Shown here: piece after piece, positions 11,298 through 24,300 of the stretch
How positions within the stretch are numbered: the stretch's first letter is position 1
Layout of the letters: each line of letters opens with the position of its first letter
Source: Lingula anatina
Taxonomy: Eukaryota; Animalia; Brachiopoda
Reading direction: 5' to 3'
NCBI GenBank assembly: GCA_051362555.1
Contig: CM120643.1
Coordinates: 18,356,848-18,420,847, forward strand
DNA length: 64,000 nt
Translations under genes and position numbers: made by a program
Notes under the pieces: generated by a model
What the model was told of the DNA's origin: nothing
What the model saw: only the letters and a program-made list of their open reading frames with translations
The model's database searches: none

Positions 11298-14200
11298 AGA
11301 AATGGTGGACAAAACATGAATTTTATTATAAGTCCAAAGAGATTCCATGACAGCCTTCAGAAACAAAATCTGCTTGGACTATAAAGGAATACGTTTTGCA
11401 ATTTCCTATGGTGACTTCGAGTCAAAGTCTATATTGCAACCATGATGGGAAATCTTATACGAACAAGTGCCATTATATGTCACATAAAATGCTATGCAAT
11501 CTTAAGAAAGCTATATCTCCCCGCCATTTGGCAATCTCCAGCGCCAGTTTTATATTGTTTCACCAGATACCTTGTACATATATGTATGATATTTGTATCT
11601 CAATATTAAAACATTCCAAGCCTATTATATGATTTATATGAATATGTCATGTATAAAGATACACCAAGAAAGCCGCCCGTACATGCAGATACCATCAATT
11701 CATATCCATTTCCGTTTCGTTTCATAATTATCCTAATTGCGCTGATGAATAATATAAGCGCGTTCATTCACCTGTCTTAGCAAAAGCAAACACATTGTTC
11801 ATTTTGTATTTGTGATTCACCCGTTTCATCATATCGCGCTGTTGACGCCATAGGTTTTATCGATTTTATGTCACTTAGTGTATCCGTTTTACCTATTGCT
11901 CATTTCTCTACTGAGATATGCGACGTTTAAGTTGCAATCTACTAGGGCAGCATTGCTGCATGGTTCTGTTTCTGTTGATTGAGCCGCGGGTAAGATAATG
12001 AGTGCACGGCTATAATGTAGCTTAGTCACATTACATAGGAACAGATTTTTCTTCTTCAATACTTTTCCATAATAGGACAGCTTCCCTACCATTCTCTGTA
12101 AATGTTTATTACCTGTATTATGCACCAAAGATAAGTTCGCACTATTGATTATACGAGGGAAACTAGAGCAAGTGAGTTTGCAGTCATTTTTTACAAATAT
12201 CGATAAGCCAGACAAAAGTATTTGTCCTGGAATATTGCTTTTGCCATTGATTTGCAACAAACCTTTTCTTTTAGAACAATTGTCCTGGCAACTCGTTTGT
12301 GTTAACTTTGAAGTCTGCACTTCATTTTGAAAATTGACACATTTAGATGGATTCTTTGTTAAGTTGAGCGTCCGTCTTGAAACTGAAACGCGGACACAGT
12401 AGCGAAACCTTTAGAGCAAAAGCTCTTCGACGTTCACCTAGTGAAGCGTGCTAGTGAGCACTAAATGCCATTTGTACTTCATCAACTTCAGAACATCACG
12501 GTTGAATCACAATGATGTAGATGAATTGTAATGCAGTTTGTAAATTCTGTTATTTTTATCAAACAATAACTATTTCTACTTTTGTACAGTTGGACACCTT
12601 CTTGCAATAAATGATGAGAATATGTACATCTCTTGTTATGTCTCTTTTATTTTATTAATACTGTGATTTAGATTAATATACCATATGACAATTTCGTTAT
12701 TCTCACTAGTCAAAGGACCAGCTTATACAGCAGCTTGAAGCTCTAAGATACAGTACCAAATTGCCATGGTACTATTTGCCGGTGATTCTTCATTAGAATT
12801 TTGATTAGAAAATTTGCCATTAACGTCTTTTTGAAAATCACCATCTTTGAGAAGTTGGACATAAATAAGGTAGAGAGTTTGCAATCAAATCACAAGGATA
12901 TTTAACTGTAATGATGATTTAGAAAATGCAGTGGATGGTGCCTTTGTGTCTAGAAAGGTACGAAACCCAACGACCCGATTTGAAAGCCCTTACTGAACTC
13001 GCCAGTCGCAGGGTAAGCTTTGACAGATAGGCCGTTTCTCACGCACTTGGATAAACATTTACCAGTGGTTTTATCTCTACCACTTAAAAAAGGAGTTCTA
13101 AGGGGATCACTGTTTGGATTTTAGTCAAGGGTCTTGTTCAGTTTATTATTATTATTACAGCTATCATCACTGGCTGGTCCACATTTTTGGTGTAAGAGCG
13201 GGGGGGGGGGGGGGGGGGGAGGGGCAACAAATAAAATCTTGACTCGCTTATCTCCACAAATATACAGAAAGACAGAAAACGGTTTGGCACCATTACGCCT
13301 CTCCCTCTGGATGTAACATTGAATGTTCGTTATTTTAGCCAGTTCGTTGTTCATGTGTTTTGTGCACTTCAAAATGCTCCAATGCCATCTATGTGTACAG
13401 ATGACAACATTGTTTATTTGTTATTGTTAACAATTCTATATCTTTTATTGCTAGATAACTTTTCATCTTTTATTGTTAGATAACATATGACTGTGAACGT
13501 ACCTAACGTTGCCGTTTACGAAAGCTGATTAAAGCTTTCCCTTTTGTAACTCACTTTGTATAAGGTACAAAAGTACTCATGTACTGAAAAAGGTACATAC
13601 ACCCCAAGCCAACCACGTTTTATCGAGTTGTTTTGTTATAAAAACAACTAAATCAATTTCTTGCAATAAAGCAGATCCTGAGGAACATCCATCAACTGGG
13701 ACTATTCCTGTAAATCAAAACCCTTCATTTTCTCGTCATGTTTTTTTTTTTTTTTTTTTTTTTTTTGTCAGATTCAAACCTGTTGAAAGTCGCTTTAAAC
13801 TTGTCTTGCGACTTTTGCGAGCATGATCAATTATAGGACAATTTCAGATGAACCTGTGATTGAAATGACAAATGTACACTGTAGAAGATAAATATAGTGA
13901 AAGCCACTACATCTTAACGCTGATCAACGTTCAGTTTCCCTCAATTCCAATGTTGAGATATATTATTGTGTTACTGTACAAAAGACAAAACATATGACCT
14001 GATCGACTCTTCCATTTACTCAAAAGCATGCGCTTAGACAGTAGAAGAGGTTAATCAGTGCCTTTAGCGGGTTACAGAGCTTGTAATAGACGCTGTAAAC
14101 ACTTGATATAAGGACATGCTCTTAGCGTACGCCAGATATCAGAGCCTTAATTTGAAAACTTATCGGTCAACTAGGTTCTCTTTCTGGTCTATTACATCTT

Positions 14201-17200
14201 CTTTGAAGAGGGTGATCGGGTAATAGCCGATCTTTCACTTGACATTTGAACGCCTGTGCACTGATTTAACAGCTGACGTCGGCAACAGTGTGTAAGCTCA
14301 AGCTCTTGCAGCCATATTCTTGCAGGCTTTCACTCAGGAGGTTGAGGTTTAGTTAGGGACTCAAGGAAAAAATAATAAGAAAGTAGCCTAGATTATCTTA
14401 CTTTAAGAGAAATCTATAAGGCATATGGATGAAAAATCGATTGGTTTTTTCTCGTTTTGCTTGTTATATCTTTTCTTAGGGGTAGGAGTGGAGAGGTAGG
14501 TGCTGCTGTATGTTTGCTGATTGAAGGAAATCATATATGTTTTATACATGTGCCTCAGAGGCGGACGAAAGCCGTCTTCTGGGTTTTCTGGAAGACGGTC
14601 AGGTTTTTTCATTGACGGCCATCTAATATTTTCTGTCAGAAGACAGTCAAAATGAAGGATACAATTTGAAAGACTGTCAGAAAATATTTCTCGATCCGCC
14701 CCTGTGGCACCCCCCTTCTCTTCGCAAACTTTTGGATCCACCAGCGACACATACCGTGTATAACTACCTGTGGCATTATGTTCTTGTTGCATACTGAGCG
14801 CAAAGTACACGTTTACTTTGTTATGTCAAAATAAACCATACAGATGCACGAGGTTAATTGTGCCACGATATCCAATTCGATCAATAGGAAATGGTTGTTC
14901 GATAGACGCCAAAACAAATACAATATTAAGATATCTATTATTGGCAACTAACCCAAATAAAATGGTCTGTTATCATTATCATTATTATTATATTTTTATT
15001 TTTTGGCATAGATTCATATTATGCTACGATATTGTTGATAACTAATTTGAGCACTATTCAATTTTTGAAAACTTTGGATATAAACGATGTAAACGTTAAA
15101 TATCCCCTTTAGTCGACTTAAAAGTACACCAGTGATTACTTTTGACCTTAAGAAATTTCCAGCCATTCCGTACAGGTAGGCATCGAAATTCGACCTTGTC
15201 ATAAAGCTGTTCTGTTCACATAAATCGTGAAAACTTCCTTGCAGGAAAAACATGTTGTGCCATTAGTGAATACATCAGCGATTACCCATTATACAATAAC
15301 GTTATTCATACGGCTTTCTGCAACTTCCTTATGCCCTGCAGGGTGATATCCAGTGCATATCGTTGGCGTTTCTTAGACATTTGAAGAAGTAGTTTCTGTG
15401 GGTTTTTTTTTTCTCTTCTTTTTTGGCACCGTTCAAGTCGAGTGTGCTCTCAGTTAAAATGATATATCGCCTTCTTTAATACTACGTGCCCTCATTGGGT
15501 ATGATGTACAAAAACTAATAGATCAGAAATGGTTCAAATGCGTCTGATTTGTACGTTTGTCAAACTTAAATGCGCTAAATGTGCTAAATATATATAACCG
15601 GGTATGATACACAAATACTAATAAATCTGAAATAATTTAAATGCGTTTGATATCTACGCTTGTCAGAAATAAATGCCCCATATGTACCCAGCATGTGATG
15701 CACTCATCTCTTTTCGGAAGCTCGGCAAGGGGCTTTTTTTCTTTTTGCGGTCGTCCTGAAATGTATAATACCTTAATACCTGAACCTAATTGTAAGCGTC
15801 TTTATAAAGCATTCTGTGCACTCATCACTCATTGTGTTTGGCATCTACGTGCACATTACGCCTACAATCGACTGAACACTAAGTAGACCCAATCGAAACC
15901 TTTAAAACTACACTGTACCACAGGCTAAATGGTACTGATGGTACCTCTGCGCAGTATGTACAGCGTTTATCAGATGCGGTAATACAAACACCTGTAACAG
16001 GCAATGCATCACTTCTCCATGCATGAAATGAGCATGATATTACATTGTTAAACGTACTATCATGCAGTGTCTACACTTCCTGAGCAGTTTTTATTTCAAA
16101 AATACGAATCTGCCCAAAAAGACAAATTCATATACAATTTGTTGTTTTGGCATGCGTGTTTAGATCCAAAACGGTTACATGGCCATTTGTACCTTAACAT
16201 ATATATTCGTCATTTACTCATAAATAATAAAGCATCTTGGAATTTTGATCAAAGGCGAACTTTTCGGAAAGAGAGACTGATGTAAACTACTGTGGCACCG
16301 CTGTCTGTTACCTGCGCGTTTGATCTAATCGATGGATGGATGTCTATTAATTTGGTCAAAGACGCAATTTTCTCACGGGCATATCTTTTCCAGCAGATAA
16401 ATAAATAATGCCCTCTGGCCGTCAGCGCATCATCACAACTTCTCCATTATCAAGGGTGCTCTAGGTACACGTTTGGACGGTTTCCCTCAACAGCTGTTTT
16501 TCCTAAACAAAAAATGAAGTCCGATTCCTCAAGGCCACGACTGCATTGCCAGATAAACAAACACTCGTAGCAATGGTTATGTAACACGGTTTTGGATAAC
16601 ATTGGTTTCTTACTTCCTTCTTTGTATTCCAACTTGCGGCGTGATCTCTACTCTGTGTTTAAAAGAAGTAGTCAAAACTTTGAAAATTTTAGCAACAAAG
16701 GTAGATTTGCCACTCTAATGAACAGCGACAGCTATAAACCTCAGGTAGCTTTGCAAAGAATTGATGGTCAGCCTTTCAAAGTTGGACTGTGTGGTACCCA
16801 TCAACATCAAGTCAATGCAAGAATTTGGAATTAATTTCATTACTGATATTTTTTTCTTGTGTACAGCATTATCATTAATCCATCACTTAAATTGTAGATT
16901 CTTAGTTTGCACTAAATATGTTTGTTTGCGATGAATTATACAATGCCACTGCATAAAAAATTCTTCTCGTGGAAAGACGAATTAAGTTTCTCGCTTCTCT
17001 CTCACAGATAATATCTGGTACCTATTTTGGTTGCTGTATTGATTTTTGTATGATCTTTGCTGAATTCTGTAATGTACATGTACAAATCAACTTCCGGGTC
17101 TTTTTCTAAATTAAGCTTCTTTTCTAAAGGCCAGTCAGACCTGTGGGAATAGGGTCATTTGGTTGATATTAATTTTGAATGTAGCAGGAAGAAAACGAAA

Positions 17201-19074
17201 ATATCCATCGAAAAAAAGCAAAGGAACGGAATATCTCAAGAGAGGTTAAACAATTTTGAAGATTGTTCACTCTGTTAAAGCCTTGAATGTGACTTTATGC
17301 TTGAAATTGTCTACTTAACTCTTATCGGGCATTAAAATACATACAGTGTGTAAGGTAATATACAGTACATGTATGTTCTATTTATACAGGCTAATTGCGT
17401 GATTGGTAGTAGATTCCTATCCTTTACAAGGGCTGCAGATTAATTATGTACACTTTTCTCCAACACGTGCAGAAATACACGTGAAATATATGTGAATATT
17501 TAGTGAAAAATCAGTCTGTGGCCCTGGTAGAGGGTAGTAGATTCCTCTTTGTCCCATCTTTTTGCCTATTTGTTCGACAATTTGGGTCAATCTACCCCCT
17601 CTGTTGTTCCGTCTATTGCCAATGTAACAGAATGTACAGAGCGCCAATGTTCATCGACAACACACGTGCTGCTCATTTGGTATTCTGTGGTGAGCTAATC
17701 GTAATGAAAAGGTATGTTACCGAGTTAGGCCGACTGAACTTTAGGGGAAAAACACGACTTGTGATACGTTTAATTGTAGTTAGACATTGGGAATTTAAAC
17801 TTCATTGCAAAGCCTACAGATGGCTGTTTTTGTCCCATGAAGAAATTAAATTTTATACATGAGGTTTATGTATAATTATCTAATTATACTGGACAATGTA
17901 TATAGAGGTTACTTTTCTATAAAGATGATATATTTTATTATATACAGGACTATAGATAAAGGTATTATGCAAAAATATCTATGTATATATTGGACATAAT
18001 CTTATTACGAAACTAACATTTTAAAATGAAGATAGAGCAAGTTTGGTGATTTATAAGATTTATAGGACTTCGGGATGGTATTTAATGACAATTTAATTAC
18101 ATTTCTTATCCAAAATACCAATAAAGCTCAAAATCACGCACTTTGTGGTGAGAGGCTGCCAGACAAGACGCTATCGGTAGATGTATCTAGAACATTCGTT
18201 TTGATTTTGATAGCATTTTAAATGATGGGTCGGAGAAGTTGACCTTGGACATCCATTCCATTTTATGAAAAGCAACGGTGGATCCAAGTAGGGGTGCAGA
18301 GGTCAACATATCCCCTTTACCTCTGGCCGTTTCCCGTTTTCTTGCCATCTCCACCCTACGAAGCAGTATAATAAGCGAAACGAGTCAAAAACAATGCCAA
18401 CAAATTTCCCCAATCCTGTGTACTTAATATCATTGTCATTGTCCTCGTCAACTCAAAATAAAGAATTCGCGAGTGAAAGTGAAATATAGAGCTTCTCATG
18501 CCTTAATCATTTTATTATTAATATTGTTTGCTTTCCAATGACATTTTATTCGCACTGGTGACAACAGAATGTCGTTAGTCGTATGTCGTAAGTTCATTAT
18601 TGATCAATCCGTCGAAAAGTGCACTTAGACCAATATCACAAAGTCGACTTTATTAAGTCGGCTTTCCGACTTAAACAGTCTTAGCTCAATACAAATCAAA
18701 AGTTATTTTTTAAAACAGAGCAATGCAGTATTGCTTAAAACATCGACAACACACTGTAGATAGAAAAGACAAGATTCCCGTTGCGTTAGGTGGGATCCAA
18801 ATACAAATGCGTCATTCTTTCTTTACAGACATTTCAGTTTGATGGCATATTGTAATCCATCAACAGTGGCTCTTTCAACTCGCCTGAGATTCCTTGCCAA
18901 TTAGTAATTGATAAACATAACTAATCATGATATCCTCTAAATGCAATATGCAGCCCATGAAAAAGAAGTTGGGGATACATTTACAGTTTGACAGGCAGAA
19001 AATATCAAACCCAATTTAAGAGCATCAGTAGCCTAAGTTGAAACTGATTTTGACATGAAATTCTCTGTAATACG

Positions 19075-19107
<33 letters not shown>

Positions 19108-19757
19108 TCTGGTATAAGTTTTTTATACAGATGATCTTCACAACACATAGCTACATACACGATTCCTGGTTGTTATTTTCCCTTCAATTTGTAATACTTA
19201 GTGGTTTTCAAAACAAAAACTGACCAACTCGATAAACTAATTAGCATAACTAATTATAATAACGTCTTAATGCAATGTACAATTTTGACACGCTTCCTTG
19301 TACATGTACTGGCATTTGTATAATCTTCCGTGTATGCGTGTATATGTGTATAGGCTTCCGTGTATGTGTGTATATATGTAAAGTTCACGCCCTGAGTTTC
19401 AGAGATCACTGGAACCGCACAAGAAACATTAAACAGCAGAGACATACTGATAAAAGAAACGAATCTTAGGTAACCACTACGCGCAGGGTGTCAATATTTC
19501 TATATAAAAGCATATTGACGTTTGCGTGTATATCATGACGCTGTAGATGTACGTAGGCGCTGAGTCGGACCAATCCTTGGTGCTTCACGGTGCACGCTAA
19601 AGAATGGGAAATACGCCACCTAGTGAAGTACAGGGGGATTGAAAATGTTTGGAATTGTAGTGATGGGTCACGAAATGACTCGTATTTGCTGGTAGGCTTT
19701 TGTCCATGTTATTTTCAATTGTGTGAATGATATGCTGTTTTCAGTGGGAAGGGTATT

Positions 19758-19760
<3 letters not shown>

Positions 19761-19819
<59 letters not shown>

Positions 19820-19822
19820 ACA
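19761..19822. repeat. Compound (CT)n(CA)n microsatellite
   Basis: Read directly. Confidence 0.95.
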
Positions 19823-20100
19823 GGCAATGATTTAGAGGTGGGGGGGGGGATTCAAATTTGAAAATTCGGACACCATTCATCAACGACAATTACGAGTAAT
19901 TGGAGAGTTCATTGAGCTTTCAAGCACCCCACAACTGACCCAGGTGTTCAAGCAGAGAGTTATGCGTAATAAAAAACCTTTAAAGTAACGATTCGTGTCC
20001 GTGGAGACGCCAGGCATTAAATGGTGATTTGAAGGTAACAAAAATTTATGATGCAGATCTGATTCTTTGAACTACATCCAGGCCGCATATTTACACTGCA

Positions 20101-20230
20101 ATCTATCTATCTATCTATCTTGCTTGCTTGCTTGTTGTTTGTTTATTTGTTTTGTTTTGTTTTGTTTTGTTTTGTTTTGTTTTTGTTTTTGTTTGTTTGT
20201 TTGTCTGTCTGTTTGTTTGTTTGTTTTTCT
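20101..20230. repeat. Compound tetra/pentanucleotide tract (ATCT, GCTT, TTTG, TTTTG)
   Basis: Read directly; it generates three overlapping low-complexity ORFs. Confidence 0.9.
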
Positions 20231-20867
20231 ATCTGCTTTTTTTTTTACTATTGCCTGAGCTGGAACGCTGTTCGCACATTTTACACAAGATGTTCCCATA
20301 GCACATATCTTCAGTATTATCACTAAATCAGATTCTTTTGATACACCCTGTACCTAGCCATGGCCTGCATTTTTTCGCATCTCTGCGATTATCTATTATT
20401 ACACGGAGTTAGTCATGATTCACAAATAGCACATGCTGTAATACATATATGTTAGCCAATGTATGTATATAAGCCTTGAACTTTTCCAGAAAACGCGAAG
20501 ACAAGACGGGTGAGCAACCTTAACAGCACAGCAAAACAATTACGTGAGGCGAACACAACGCTGCTTCTGTTGCCGCGATACCTTTGCAGTGATTCCAGAG
20601 AAAATCAAACCGCATCTGCAGATAGACATCCAATCTTAATTCACTTTTCTACGATTAGAGCTTGGCTTTGAAGAGGGAATCTAGCCTATTCTTCTGCATT
20701 GATATATAACGACAGCGATTGAATCAGCGTAGTTTCTGGAAGAAACCGGTATATCTCAACAGCGTTGAGGAGGGAACGCTACAAGCAGCAGAAAGTGGGT
20801 GAATCGTTACCGTGTTCAAACGCGTTTCGAACGAGAAACCGTATAAAAGAGACTGCGAATATCAGAT

Positions 20868-21306
20868 ATGCCGGAGATGGCGATGTCCCTTCTGAAAATA
20901 CCTAACGCTGGAGACAATCTCCAGCGCTCCAGATCAGCGGGAAATGTAAGCGACTTGGAATCAAGGAAAAAACCACAGATTCAAGATGGGGACACATACG
21001 TGGTGCGAGAGTTCGTCCTTTCCCGCAAAGGTCTACTCGGACGTGGGGACTCTTTCAAAAGGCGATCCATTGCAAGCACGGACTCTATGGAAAGTTTAAA
21101 TTCTAGAAAATCCCTTGATATTAACACCAATGGATCAGCTGTACAGGCCACAGAGCCAACACCGAAACGATACGTATATCTTCTTGGGGCTAGCGAAGTG
21201 GGGCGAAGCACTCTCGTTCGTCAGTTTGCAACGTCCAGATCCGTGTGTTTAGATTCTCCGACCACCCCCGCTCCAGATAAAATCCTTTCCAGTCCCTTCG
21301 TGATGG
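20868..21306 (+). CDS. RGK-B coding exon 1 (N-terminal extension and P-loop)
   Basis: ATG 20868; donor G|GTATGT; contains RSRSAG, REFVLSRKGLLGRGDS and LLGASEVGRS. Confidence 0.85.
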
Positions 21307-21316
21307 GTATGTGTAT

Positions 21317-21347
<31 letters not shown>

Positions 21348-24300
21348 CGTTGCAATTTCCCCATCCTTCCCCTGTCTTGAATATATTACATTGTGAAAGT
21401 GCTTTATGTGATCACATTTTATTAGTCAGTCTGTATCTATCGTAGGTGTATATATCTAAGTAAGTAAGACAAGCAACGAGCTGGAAAGGCTATTCCACAT
21501 GAAGCAAATGTTTCAGTGTAGGCCTAATAGCTGTCCATATAGATACAAACGCACACATAGCATGAAGAAAGTACCTCTTTTATGTGGTTATTCAATGATA
21601 AATCTTCATTCCGATTTAAATTCCATTCACATATAACTAGATTTGCTTTAGATTGATGTTGCGTATTGATATCCAGTCATTGCATTAAACCAGTATCTCG
21701 AAAATTTCTCTTATATTTGCACTGAACTATGCATTTCCCTTGGTTGAAATGGCTGTGTTAAATCTGCATCTTGGAAGAAAAAGTATAAATAAAACAGACA
21801 AAGACTAAATATTTAAACATATCTATGTGCATCGTTTTACTGAACCACCCTGAAATTCAGAGGCAATCTTTGTGCTAATCTTTAAAATATAGATTCTGTT
21901 TTTGAATGGCAAAACTGAATTGCGAGCAGTTATTTTTCCCGTTGCAAAAAATATGCAGTTTGTTACGATTTTTGCTTTAGAATAACATCAGATAAAAGGA
22001 ATCTGTTGTCCAATATGTGAAGAATTGCCAATCCGCCAGTAATAGCTTTGCCGAAGTGGGCAACGTCAAAAACAAAGAACGCTTCCTCCTGGAGCCGGAG
22101 TCACCGAATATCTTGGCCATAACTTACCATTTCTTTGATCTACTTCCATTCGGGATAAATGCACATCCATAGTAGTTTATTATAATAAAGTAGCCGTTTG
22201 TCTGAGCATATTGGCCATTTTTTGGATATAAAACAGTCGCACTGTTCCTTTTAACCGAATTGCCACTGATTTATCTCGGGTCAAATTCGACTAAAATTTA
22301 GGTTTAAGAACTTTTAAGACCAGCTTTTGACCTTAAGTTCTTTTGAGAAACCGGAATCAGATCCCACAATAAACTACTGCAGACTATGTAAGCCCTTGTT
22401 TTATTGATACTAAAGCAAATATATTTCCCATTAATTATTCTTATTTCTGTCTATTTGCAGGAGACGACCACGGTGCATCGGTTGTGGTCGGGTTAGATAA
22501 CGAGGAAACCGAGATTTGTTTCCTACAACCGCAGTCCAATCTGGTATGTATAAAGTAAAAAAATGTATTTGTTATCCCAAATTTTACTGCTTTAAGGATC
22601 AAGTTGACATTTTTCCATCCCTGTACCATATATATATATATATCACATTAAATTGTCCTCGTCGATTGCGAGGCAAAATATTACTTTATTTTTATTATAT
22701 TTTATTATATTTATATACGATATTATATTTATCTTTCACCCTTTTTGCGAAATTCGTTACTCGTGTTTCGTACATCAACACTTTTTGTCCCTTTTCCTCT
22801 CTATCTATAGTACAGAACGAAAAATATGACAGCCCAACACAGCATCCAACATGTGTTACATAGGTATACTATATCTATAGTCAGAGGCCCAAATACCATG
22901 CAACTGTTGCAAAGCGTTAGTCAATTATCTTGTCTGCCTTTTCATCTTTCTTCCCTTATTTTGTCAGTAATTTGTAATGCGCAAATTTACAGCATTTTTG
23001 AATCGTTACCTGTAAAACTTTAAAAGCATGGCGCGCTGAGTCAGTCTCCGTTTTTTGCGTCATTATGCGTCACTACCATCTCAGCACGCTTCCGAAAAGG
23101 CAATCCTTTTACTATATTAAGTCCCCCCCCCCCCAAATATTTCAACTGTCGATCATTAATCTAACCTATTCATTGCATTATACAACATTCATAGTTTTAC
23201 TTTGATCTTTTGTCGTAATCTAGCAGACGACTTGATGAATTACGTCGTTTGCTGGATAAATCCCAACAGCCGACATGATGAATCAATGAAATAGTCTCGC
23301 ATTTCAACAGGTTATAAAATAAGCCCCATAAAAAAGTACTTGTACCACGCATCTTCACTCAAAGATTATTTTCGCTTGCCTTCTCAACAAAACAAAACCC
23401 CACCGATCCACGTATTTTAGTCTGTTGGCATTTACTGTGCAGACGGCACAATCAATCTCTCTTCGTATTTGAACAGGTACATGTATAGTTCCGAGGCGCA
23501 ACACTCCCTGTCCGTATTTTTGGTAACGTCTTTCTTCATATCATCTTGTTGTTCATATGATCTTTGATTGTTATTTTTTTCTTCTTTACTTTCATTCCTT
23601 TTTTGCATACCGCTTTGTGTGTGTGTGGGGGTAGGGGGGTTGTACAATAAACGGATATGAAAAAAAAAAGCAAGTTTAGGGTCGCCAAATAATTTTTCTA
23701 ATTCTTTCAAAGGTTATTACTTTTACTGCTTTCTAGCGTACACTTATCTCAAGTATAATTAATATAAATATACAAAGGGCGTGTCGCTTAGGCTCCCTAA
23801 AAGATAGTGACAACCTCGTGAAATGCAGCAGTTTCATATAACATTTAAGTCCACTTTCCTTTTTCTATTTCGACACACATGTATCATCTACCTGCGGCTT
23901 CTTGTGATGTCGGACACACATCGTAGGCATGTTTCCAGCTGTGGGTAGGCAACCGTCACTTATAATCTACTTAGTTAAAGGTCTGAAAGCACTCTTGGTT
24001 TGCAAATGAATTCGAGTTGGTTGGAAGGAATCTAACCCGAAAGATCGCTCATTTTGATCTAGGGCCCACCAAGACCCTAGTTTACGTCAACTTTGATCCA
24101 AGATAAATCAATTGCAGTGAATAAGTAGAACGGTTGTTTGTCAGCCAAATAACAAAATTGATAATTTACAATATACATAATTTAACCAAAACGCAAGGAG
24201 AATTGATAAACAACCGGCGTGAAAACAGCACTTCTTATCTATCAAAGCACGAGGGGGAAATACTCAAAAACAAGAGCAAAGCTCATCATAACTATGTTTA

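Noticed and set aside
11889-12330. 143-aa minus-strand ORF
   Set aside because: Lies in the probable RGK-A 3' UTR (AATAAA about 12606); no domain or exon context, non-ATG start.
14690-14750. GGATCC-containing GC-rich motifs (also near 7190, 10720 and 18280)
   Set aside because: Probably fragments of a dispersed repeat, but boundaries could not be defined.
20067-20326. Three overlapping ORFs
   Set aside because: Produced by (TTTG)n-type microsatellites.
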